From positions 4,954,965-5,018,964 of the forward strand of contig JBNZDD010013717.1 of the NCBI GenBank assembly GCA_050575255.1: 64,000 nt of DNA. The letters are read 5' to 3'. A model generated the notes under the pieces. The model was not told where the DNA came from. It saw only the letters and a program-made list of their open reading frames with translations, and made no database searches. The translations under genes and the position numbers were made by a program. Shown here in pieces: positions 1-10,514 of the stretch (positions within the stretch are counted from its first letter, which is position 1; each line of letters opens with the position of its first letter). This DNA comes from Harriotta raleighana (lineage: Eukaryota).

Positions 1-350
1 CCCCCCGGGTCTGTGGCCGGTGTGGCTTGCGGCAGTGGTGTGGGATGGCGCAGTCAGTGTGGCTGCTGCTGGACAGCCAACGCCGAGTGCCACGGTGAGC
101 CCGGCGAAGGATTCCCAGGCTGGAGCAGAGGGAGGCTGTAGGGGGGTCGAGTGGGGATAGAAGGCGGGAGGGCGGAGAGAGAGCAGGGCAGAGCGGGAGA
201 GTTGCAGAGAGGGGTTGGAGAGGGATAGGGCGGAGGGAAAGTGGGAGAGAAGGACAGGATGGGAATAGCAGATAGAGGGGATTGGGAGGGCAGACATTTG
301 GGAAGGTGGGGGAGGCTCGGGTCGGGGCGGCAGCCAAAATGCGCACGCAT
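1..350 (-). mobile_element. L2 LINE 5' region, running off the window start
   Basis: Minus strand (gcgtgcgcattttggctgcc...ctccagcctgggaatcc...cagcagcagccacac) matches the 5' part of the L2 at ~43147-43520. Confidence 0.75.
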
Positions 351-530
351 TTTGACAAAGGCATGGGTGAGAGTTTCAGCTGTGTCGGTTGTGAGGTACA
401 GACTGAGGTGAAATAAAATGGCCCTGGTCACAGAACCAATGTGTGATAGTAAGGAAAACTGGGGATCGAACCTGACACCTAAGTTACGCATCGGTTCGGT
501 GAGTCTAAGAGAGAGCATGCTTGAGATGTT
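351..530 (-). mobile_element. L2 RT C-terminal fragment
   Basis: Translation MRNLGVRFDPQFSLLSHI...AETLTHAFV is typical of the L2 ORF2 C-terminus. Confidence 0.8.
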
Positions 531-732
531 GATTGAAAGATTGAAGTCAATAACAGCAAATGTTAATTAAATAATGCTTGCATTTAATAATCCTTGTATT
601 TGCGCAAATTCGGTGGCCCAATAGCACACAGTAACAAAAACAAATAAGATAATATTTTTCATTTAAATCATTAGAAGAAATGAAAAGTAAGTAAAATCCT
701 TGACTTTAACATGATGGTAATATTTAGTAGTT

Positions 733-1096
733 ATAATAATAATCCTTTTATTTGATATAGTGCTTTTCACATCTTATTGACGTCTCAAAGCGCTTCACAG
801 AATATACTATAAAGTGCATTGACTGTATATTTGTTGGTGAAATGCGGCAGCCAATTACGCACAGCAGTGTCCCACAAACAGTCGTGGATTGAAATGACCA
901 ATTTAAAAAAAAAANTTTTTGGATGGATTATTATTAGATGTCTGGAGTAAGAAAACTTGCCCAAGATTTCACCCTGATCTGCCTGGATTCGANATGTCTG
1001 GAGTAAGGAAACTTGCCCAAGATTTCACCCTGATCTGCCTGGATTCGAACACAGGTCTCACACTTGTAAGGGAGTGCTCTAACCACTGAACTCCAC
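733..1096 (-). mobile_element. tRNA-derived SINE with L2-type tail (young family), near full length
   Basis: Reverse complement of the 4236-4560 copy: A/B boxes, body and (TTA)n tail. Contains N at 915 and 993. Confidence 0.9.
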
Positions 1097-2394
1097 ATTA
1101 TTATTATTAGTAGTAGTTTTGTAATGTATCCAATTCCTGGATAGACCATGATTGGCAAGTCCACTGACTGGGTTTGCTTTGAATACTCTCTTGATAAGCA
1201 ACTGATGTGCTTAAGAAGTATAAAAAAGATTGCTCCCATTCTGTCTGTAAAATTGTTAAGCAAGTGGTTATCCATGACAACGAGCATACATATGCTCTGT
1301 GAGGATGCCTTTTCTGACATCAGTGTCCTTTTCACTTTCCTTTCTGCTCTCCATGCAGGATTATCCTTTAAAGAAAGGAGGCATTTAAAAGTTAATGATG
1401 TGGACCGTACAATGGAATAAGCATTTTGCCCTGAATGTATTCCTCCCTTGAATTCCAATCTTTTATGTTTTGCTATGATGGAGTTTTGTGCTCATCGAGG
1501 TGAGGGATGGTAATAAGTAGAGTGCAACAACCAGTGTCAATTTCAAGTGCTCCTAGGTCAGCATGGCACATTAATGTGCATTAAAAGTCACTTTTGTATT
1601 TAAAAAATGCTCTTCAACTCAGAACTAACGCCTCTAGAAGAAAACCTTTACAGTAGCTGTGTAGGGTTTCCTATTTTGAAGATCTTATATCCTTCTCAAA
1701 TAAAATTTTAATTTTGTCAGTTTGTGTTAAATTGTGCTAATTTTGTACAATGGCCCATATTAGTTTGAGGCTGCAAGAAAGTAGAGATACATTAGCGTCA
1801 ATTGAAAAGTGACTAGTCTGGACACAAATACAGGTTCCTCCAAAATAAATGGCTCAATGGAAGAATACATTTTTTTAAAATTGTCCATACAATCCCCACA
1901 GACAAGACTTAAGTGTTCTCTTGGGAGTTCTGATCAGCAGCAAGAAGGGTTGTTAGTTTTTCAGCAGTATGATAAGTAAACAGTGCTTAGCTACATAGCA
2001 TACATATCAGACTGTACAGTGAGAATGTCTATCTGAAACTGATTGCTGAAAGTTATATAGAAATCCCATTATAAAGACATGGTGAAAGTTCACTATTGTT
2101 AGTGATAAATGGAAAAATTGGTAGTATAGAAAATGTGAACAATTTAAATTTAATTATATCCAATGCCTTTGCTTGCCATTGGTGAAGAGTTTATCTGTGT
2201 AGTACCATCAATGAGTTATCTTATGGTGGTGCAGCCACATTGTTCTTGTTCTCACAGGATTGCCACTAAACATATTCAGTTGTATTGTATAATAAGCTAT
2301 GGAACTACATATATACACTATATATATAATGTGTAAACTCCATATTTTACACCAGATAGATAAATTAATGTATGTAGTGTCAGTTTAGGAGTAC

Positions 2395-2545
2395 TTTTGA
2401 CTCTAGTTCATGTCACAGCGCATGATTTGAGCTTATGATCGAGGCTTACACCCTAGTGCAGTGTTGGTGGGGCACTGCATTGTCAGAGGTACCATCGTTT
2501 GGATGAGTCTTTATACTGAGGTCCTATCTGCTTTTTTACATGGAA
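2395..2545 (+). mobile_element. Old Deu-domain SINE fragment
   Basis: gcttacaccctagtgcagtg...ctgcattgtcagaggtaccatcgtttggatgag...gaggtcctatctgc resembles the Deu core, which recurs many times in the window. Confidence 0.65.
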
Positions 2546-3377
2546 TAATCTTTACATACACAAAAACGTGCCAAATAATTCTGAGGAATGTACAAAAACT
2601 TCATGCTGAATATCTTTAGGTTGAAGGCTATCAACTGAATTTAATATATTATTCCATATAATTTCAGAAAAATAATACAACATTTCAACAACCCAGCATG
2701 GTCTAACAGTCCCTTGATACTCAATGCATTTGATAGTTTCGAAGAAAATATGTCTTTGAAAAGTTTAAGAAATATAGCATAATTTCTGGCAGTTGAAACG
2801 GCATAACAATTTCTGTTACTTTTCTTGCTTTATGAAATAGAAGATATTGATTCAAAAAGCCATTTAGCTTGTGCAGTACAGATACATGATAAAACATAGC
2901 AGGATGTAGTAGTGTTTCTTCTCCAAAATGTTCCTGCCTTTAGAATAGAATTTTGTTCTGATTTTCTACATTATTAATGAGTTCATTTAAATATTTTAAT
3001 TATGTAGTTTGGCCCCAATATTTTAATGGTATTAATGTGGGTAGAAGATAGAGAGTATCCCAAGGAGGTTGAGGATCCACCCCTGAGTTGTTGTTTAATC
3101 CTTACTTCCGCTATGTTAATGAGGGTGGATTTGATGCATGGAGTGATCACAGGATGTTCAATATACAGTATAAGGTGGATCATTTGCATTGCTTTCCGTA
3201 CATGGCTGCTCTATAGTTCTAAAAACAGATCAATCATAAACAGATACATACACATCATACTACAAATATGGTTTAAAAATAAAATTGGTGAAATGTTAAT
3301 TTTGCCTGTGCATATTCACATGCAACATAAAAAACAATTGTACTTACATTTACCAATAAATAATGCTTCAATGCAAT

Positions 3378-3576
3378 ATAATAATAATTCTTGCATTTGA
3401 CGAGACATCTGAAAGCGCTTTATGGAATGAACTGTAACTGTGGGCGAAATGCAACTAATTGCTCACAGCACTGTCCCACAACCAGTCTTGGATTGAAATG
3501 ATCTATTTCTTATTTTTTTTAGGGATTATTATCAGGTGTGTGGAGTAAGAAAACTTGCCCAAGGTTTCGCCCTGCC
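3378..3576 (-). mobile_element. Young SINE, 5'-truncated
   Basis: Matches SINE body and tail (aacttgcccaaggtttcgccctgcc; gcactgtcccacaa). Confidence 0.8.
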
Positions 3577-4034
3577 AGAAAAATATTTTTAAATTTTGTC
3601 ACTCAATTCACCACTGTTTGTGGCACAAAGCTGTGAGCAATTAGGTGCCGTGTTTCTCCCACAAAATACAAACAGTTCTCTTTACAGTATATTCTGTGAA
3701 GCACTTTGAGATATCACAAAGACAGGGTGTATTATTTACTAAACCTCACATGTTGAGGCATAATTGTGTTTGCCTGGACGATAGAATCAAAAAAGGCAGT
3801 TGGTGAATGCTGTGTGACCAATAACATATAAATCTCCAGGGTGGATTTATAAATCTCAAGGAAAACTAAAATCAAAATCGTTTTTGAAAAGCATCCCTCA
3901 GATTTAGGAACATAAGTACAAAAATTGGTCAATCAGCCTATTGACTTAGCTCTGCCATTTTACATCATCGTTGAAATATATTTCAATATGATTTCTGCTT
4001 TTTCTCTGTATCTTCTGATTGTTCTAGAAATCAT

Positions 4035-4610
4035 TTTTTCACTCAAAGGGAGGTAAAAATCTGGAATTTTCTTCTCCCAAAAGGTTGTGGTGCTGGTTCC
4101 ATCCACACCTTCAAGAGTGAGGTTGATAGAGTTTTCGTAGGTCAGGGTATTAAGGGATATGAAGAGGAAGTGTGCAATTGGAATTGAAAGGATTAGTTGA
4201 GGTACAGATCAGCCATGATCTAATTAACTGGCTTAGAGCTCCTGTGGCTTAGTGGTTAGAGCACTCGCCTTACAAGCATGAGACCTGTGTTCGAATCCAG
4301 GCAGATCAGGGCAAAACCTTGGGCAAGTTTCCTTACTCCACACATCTAATAATAATCCCTCCAAAAAAACAACACAATAATAAAATTGGTAATTTCAATC
4401 CATGACTATTTGTGGGACACTGCTGTGCGCAATTGGCTGCCGCATTCCGCCTACAAATATACAGTCAATTCACTTTACAGTATATTCTGTGAAGCGCTTT
4501 GGGACGTCGATAAAATGTGAAAAGCGCTATATCAAATGCAAGGATTATTATTATTATTATAACTGGCGGAACGGGGTTCAATGGCTGAATGGCCTAGTCT
4601 TCCTATATAC
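4035..4610 (+). mobile_element. CR1 LINE 3' end, interrupted by a SINE
   Basis: aaggttgtggtgctgg...ttcaagagtgaggttgatag...taagggatat...gatcagccatgatct, resuming after the SINE as ggctgaatggcct. Confidence 0.8.
4236..4560 (+). mobile_element. tRNA-derived SINE, full length, with 8-bp TSD
   Basis: A-box-like tggcttagtgg, B box gttcgaatcc, tail gtgaaaagcgctatatcaaatgcaagga(tta)n. Flanked by taactggc at 4225-4232 and 4560-4567. Confidence 0.92.
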
Positions 4611-5594
4611 CTATCACCTTACACAGCAACTATTTATCTATTTCCCTCTTAAGCAATATCTATCGCCTATTTAATAACAATGTTTAGAGGAAGTTAATTC
4701 CATAATCTCATACCTCTGAGTAAATTAATGTTGTATTTCACTTCAAACAAATCCAAGGTTATTCTGTTCTGGATTCTGCACCCATAAGAAAAGGTCTCTC
4801 TTCTACACTCTTAATTTCCTTTGTTATATTGAACACCTTAATCAGATTAACCATCATTTTATACAACATCCAAAAAACATCTGAAATTGCATTTAAAGAT
4901 TTAAAACGTGCATCAGTCTTCTTTGTGAAGACACAAATTAAAAAAATTATAATCAAAGCAGCAATAGATGAATGCTGAAATTAAATCCCTGTGAATTCTC
5001 ATTTAATTGTTAATTTAATTAAAGTTGGATTATACATTTTAAGAGGCAAATGGGGGAGCTGTCTTGGAGCTGAACAGGCATGTTTTGCAATGGAATGTCA
5101 GAATTGAGTCCAACTTCTGGAGCTGGTTCCTGAGCCAGGCAGGTCTGCAATGCTCCTGAAGACCATTGATGGCGGACCAACCAGCCTGTCTTATTGGCAG
5201 AACTTGGAAGGATGGAGATTATTCACACTTGGTTCCTGTTAACCCTGCAAACCAAAGCCCTCTATGTTAAGGGGTCTAAGATGGACAAGTAACAGAAGTT
5301 TGTCAGTCAGTGCTTTCAATGGCAAGCTATGAGATATGAGTTAGTTGAATTGCATCAGTACCCCAATGCATGCACTGGGGCTTCTGAGCCTTGGGCCCTG
5401 CCAGCTTCTTCAGGTACTCTCCAGAATTAGGTAAAGAGTACATATTTAATTCCAAACACAGGAATTTCCATGTGTAAAAGGCATGTATGGAACTGGCTAG
5501 TTTTGAATACACTTAAGCATGTTGATGGTTTGGTATGTGTCGGATAACACAGACTTCTGAAGCCAGTTTCCTATAATTCCTTCAAAATAAATAA

Positions 5595-6113
5595 ATAATA
5601 ATTTGGTCACTCAATCCATGACGGTTTGTGGGTCACTGTTATGCACAATTGGCTGCCATATTTTGCCCAAAACATACACGGTCAATTCACTTGACAGTAT
5701 ATTTACAGCTTTTAAGCACGAGACATGTGTTCAATTCTTGGCAAGTTTATTTACTCTGCATGCCTGATACCAATCCCTCAAGAAAAAAAGGCAATATTGA
5801 ATTGGTCACTTCAATCCACGACTGTTTCTGGGATACTGCTATGTGCAAATCGGCTGATACTGCTATGTGTAAATCGGCTGCTGCATTTCGCCCATAAAAT
5901 ACAGTCAATTCACTTTAGAGTATATTCTGTGAAGCGCTTGGAGACGTCCACANCAATCCACGACTGTTTCTGGGATACTGCTATGTGTAAATCGGCTGCT
6001 GCATTTCGCCCATAAAATATAGTCAATTCACTTTAGAGTATATTCTGTGAAGCGCTTGGAGACGTCCACAAGATGCGAAAAGCACTATATCAAATGCGAG
6101 GATTATTATTATT
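5595..6113 (+). mobile_element. Cluster of young SINE fragments, partly duplicated across N5953
   Basis: Repeated caatccacgactg...gtgaagcgcttg body and tail. Confidence 0.85.
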
Positions 6114-6511
6114 TTCTGTGAAGTGGTTCTAAGAGAGCTTGGTGACATAATATGGGATTATATCAAATGCTAGGATTATTACTATAATTATTATTTATTA
6201 TTATATCCAATGACCCCCCCCCATCCTCATCAAAATAAAATATGGCTTTGCAATCTATGCAGATCTCGCCCAGAAATGTGTGTTAATGCAAAACTGGTGA
6301 AGGAAAAAAATGTAATCGTTTATTTTACATAGAATATGTAAATTCACCATTAAAAAAAACTGCTTTTTGTGAAGTAGTACTATATATTTAAATTTATCCG
6401 GAAATTGATTAAGCAAAAAATAACTTAAATCAGTTGCTTCATTAAATCTCAGGAGCTTCTTGTTCATATTATTATTTTAAACTTCCTTCAGATTAAAGAC
6501 AATTGATATAA

Positions 6512-6785
6512 TGTGAGACTTGTGTTCGAATCCAGTCAAGGCAAACCCTTGGGCAAATTTCCTTAGTCCACATGCCTAATAATAACCCCTCTAAAAAACA
6601 ATAATAAATTGGTCCTTTCAATCCACGACTGTTTGTAGGACACTGCTGTGTGCAATTGGCTGCCGCGTTTCGCCCACAAAAATATAGTCAATTTACTTTA
6701 CAGTGTGTTGTGAGAAGCACTTTGAGACGTCTGGAAGACATGAAAAGCGCTATATCAAATGCAAGGATTATTATTATTTTATTAT
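6512..6785 (+). mobile_element. Young SINE, slightly 5'-truncated
   Basis: B box gttcgaatcc, body and (TTA)n tail. Confidence 0.88.
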
Positions 6786-7032
6786 ATAGCTCACGTGTAG
6801 TTGTTATATTAGCCAATGCTTTTGAATAGCTTCAGAATTTTACGCTACTGCTGCTGTCAAGTAAATTGACCTGTAAGAAACAGATGGAGATATTCCACTT
6901 GGGTCTAGATTTGCTTTATTCATGTTGTGTTGCTTCATGCAGCCCTCAGATGTTGCCAAATTCATAAACACAATCTTCTGAAGCCAGTTTTCTGTAGTTC
7001 TTTTAACTATCTATTGCCAAATTCTAGACATT

Positions 7033-7770
7033 CAGCTGGTTCCAATGGTAATACTCTTGTTTCCGAGTTGGAGTGTTGAGGATTAAAGTCCCACATTGTG
7101 TCTTTGTAATTACAGTCTGGACTGATTCTCTGCAGTGCTGTTGGAGTGCTACATTGTTAGAGTTGTGATGTGTTTGGATGAAATGTTAAAGCAAGGTCCC
7201 ATCTGCTGAAACAAAAACAGAAGTTGCTGGGAACATTCAGCAGGTCATGCAGCATCTCTGGAGAAAGGAAAGTCCTTCAACGTTTCAGGTCCATGAGCTT
7301 TCGTCGGAAACTGGGACATGTTGGGATGGAGAGGCTTTTAAGGACTAGGATAGGTGCTTCGGGGTAGAGAGCAATTGTTGGTGGTGATGGAGGAATGAAT
7401 AAGGGAGTCACGGAGGTTATGGTCCCTTCGGAACGATGGAAGGGTAAGGGAGGGATAGATATGTTTGGTGGCTGTATCATACTGGAGTTGCTGGAATAGA
7501 CAAAACTCCCACCTGCCAGTTCAAGTTAAAGATGCCATAGCATTTTTCAAAAAGAGAATGGAATTTTCCTGATGGTTTGGTCAAGAATTCCCCAAATAAA
7601 AGTTGGGCATTCATTTCATATTTCAAATGGGACATTGTTGTGTACAAATTGGCTGCTGAGTTCACCTGCAAAATACAGTCATTCCACTTCATTGTAAAAT
7701 TCTGTGAAGTGCTTTGAGATGTCCTCCTAATGTGACAGGAGCTATATCAACTACAAGGATTATTAATATT
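7033..7770 (+). mobile_element. Old Deu-domain SINE split by a Penelope-like insertion
   Basis: Decayed tRNA head and Deu core up to aaggtcccatctgc; resumes at 7507 and ends in an L2-type tail. Confidence 0.7.
7207..7506 (-). mobile_element. Penelope-like element fragment (ORF linker plus terminus with hammerhead-like motif)
   Basis: Minus strand reads LFQQLQYDTATKHIYPSLTLPSFRRDHNLRDSLIHSS, resembling the PLE RRxxNLRDxL linker. Terminus shared with 12479 and 26207. Flanked by tcccatctgc / tcccacctgc. Confidence 0.8.
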
Positions 7771-8020
7771 AAGCGGATTATTATTTCTGTCTACAGTTGC
7801 TGTAAAATAAGCAATTGCCATAGTATTATGTAATCCAAACTTAAATGCAGCCAGGTTCAAAAGGTTATTTGTGAAATTGGACTGATGGATGACTTGAGTA
7901 GAACATGAAAAAAGATAAAATAATTAATTTAGGAGCATATGAAAAAAAGAAATCAATTGAATATATTATATGAGAACCTAAGAATTTGCACGGTGAAAAA
8001 GAACCAAGGTCCTTCTAGTT

Positions 8021-8395
8021 CAACAACAACAATTTATATAGCACTCTTCACATTAGGTAGCATCTCAGAGCGCTTAACAGTGGTGTAGCCTCCTCTGAGC
8101 TGAGGGTGACTGCGGGGAGATGGCTGTAAGCACGGTTGAAGAGGAAGGCTTCCAGGTGAGACTTGAGAAGGGGCAAGACGGAGGAATTGAGGAGAGTGTT
8201 CCAAAGATTTGGATCTTAGTGGCTGAAAACGCGACCTCCGATAGTGGGGCGGAGGTTGTGAGGGGCGAGCAGGAGGCCAGTGCTGGTTGAGCGGAGATAC
8301 TGGGTGGTGGATTGGGAAGTGAGGAAGTCGGAGAGGTAGGGAGGTGCCATGAAGTGGATGAATGTGAACACGTGTGAGGATCTTGATATTGAAGA
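8021..8395 (-). mobile_element. L2 LINE 3' end
   Basis: (caa)n tail plus reverse-strand APPYLSDFL...YLRSTSTGLL...TIGGRVFS. Confidence 0.85.
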
Positions 8396-8839
8396 CAAAC
8401 TAGATTAATAGTTTGCCTTTCATCATTCTGGCAGTCACTTGACAGGTTGTGTACCAAACTAGATACTATAACCCAAGATATTATTTTCTAGCAGAAATCT
8501 ATCTAATTTGTACTTGAAACTAATAGCATTTTCTACTTCCACTGTTTCCCTAAGGAGCCTGTTCGATAAGTTTACCACTGGCTCACTGAAGCAATCTTCT
8601 GTAAACCATCCATAATTACCCATGTACAGAAGAAATTACTTGTAGTCTATTATTTAATTAACAACCAATGAACAGGATTATAAAATCTGTAATCATTGTC
8701 ATTGGTCTACAATTACACAACTGAATGCACCTGCAATTCCTTCTGTACATGTTTGCACATGGATTATACACCTTGTATAATACAAATGTGGCTACACAAC
8801 TGACATAATAGATGCCCAATTTGTAGATTAAAACCGTCA

Positions 8840-9720
8840 TGCAGTGTACTAAACAAGAAAGAAAGTTGGAGATTGTTTTAAAGGATAGTCAAAACTCCCA
8901 GCCAACTACAGTATATTGCTGCAGCAAAACAAATTGAGGATCAATAAATACTTGAATTTTAAAATTGGGAAAAACAAAATCATATATGAGTATACCAGCA
9001 GAATGGGTATCAGCATACTACCTATCTAAGATAACAGACATATGCTGTATAATATTGAAGTTGCTGAGTGGGCTGAATGGCCTTCTCATTTTCCAATTAG
9101 TGGATTAATAGTGAAGGTAGCTGACCGCAGCTGGAGCTGGGGACATAGATGAAAAATTGCAATGTTGTCACTGGAGCATGTGCTGTACAAATATTCAGCA
9201 TACTTACTGAGGCAGACTTACAGGGATCTTAATGTTTTTGAAGGCTAAGTAGACAGCTAAGAGGGTTAAGTTTAACACTGAGTTATAAGAACTAAATAAA
9301 AATATCGACCATTATATAACACACTCACAATATTTAATTTGTAGTATGGCTGAACATAGTTTAATCTTCGATAGGTAAGTTGCGGGTTAAAATACCAACA
9401 GCAACTTGCATACAGCACTCTCCAAGCAGGGGAAGTCTCGGAGTGCTTAACAGTGATAGAGACTGTCGCCGAGCCGGGGTGAGGGAGAAGGTGACCACAA
9501 TCGTGGTCTATATAAGATAAATATAAAATAAGATAGTGTCATTCAGGGATGACAGAGACACTAGTATAAATTTAAAAACCTAAAAGTATTTAATAATTTA
9601 AATCTGGTCTATTCTTACAATTGTGGTTGTGTTATTAGAACAATAGTACAAGAGCATTTTGGCTTTGGTTACTCTCTACAAAGGTATCCAGAATTAGACA
9701 CTGGATACCATTCAGAGTCT
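8840..9720 (+). mobile_element. Highly decayed CR1 pieces, with a short minus-strand L2 tail at ~9395-9510
   Basis: CR1-like remnants such as gggctgaatggccttctc and aagtttaacactgag; very diverged. Confidence 0.4.
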
Positions 9721-10514
9721 ATCAAGGCTTGTAATTTTCACACTAAAGAAGGGAAGATGTTATTGAAATGTTCAGATCCTATGGGCTACAGATAAAATGG
9801 ACCCCAATAATATGTTTAGCACGTTCAAAATAATTAAGAACAAGGAGATAATAATAATACTTACATACAATAAAGCACCTTATCACCTTGTTGAGGTGCC
9901 TCAAAGTACTATAGATATGAGATATAGACTCAAACTCATAAGAGGAGGACAGACAATTCAAATTTAATCTTTTTAAACTGGATGATGAATGGAAATTTTA
10001 GAATAATCAGTAGAGGTAGATTGTAATGGTAAATTCATGATGCAATTGACTAGTTATTTGTGAAAGAATTTTATAGGAGTGAGAGAGCTAGAGTGTGTGG
10101 TGCAGGATTGTTTATTACTGTACTGCTTAAAAATTTCATTCTTAGTTTGGTACCAGCTCAATGGACGACTGTGTATTTTTCAATTCTAGACTGTTTCATT
10201 CTCCAATGTTCCTATGCAGAGTGGCTGAGGCTGCAAACTCAGGCAACAATTGCAAAGGGAAGAGAAGTTATAATCAATTGGAAGTGGCCCAAGTACTAGA
10301 ACTAAGAGACCGAGGAGGTCAAATTTCTCTTGCTATTCAGTGTGGTGGTTTTGAAAATTTGCAAATATCATGGAAAAAACCCACATCTTATAAATTTACA
10401 TCTTCAAAGCATGAGGTATACTAACTCATCCAAATTTTGAAAACTTGTTTGCTATTTGCTGATGTGATGTTCTAAATCACATCAGCAAATAAAACAAATC
10501 AGCAAACAAAACAG

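Noticed and set aside
934-1458. 174-aa minus and 90-aa plus ORFs as genes
   Set aside because: The long ORF runs into a SINE and an N. Neither has a recognisable domain, and a faint RTE-like similarity is too weak to call.
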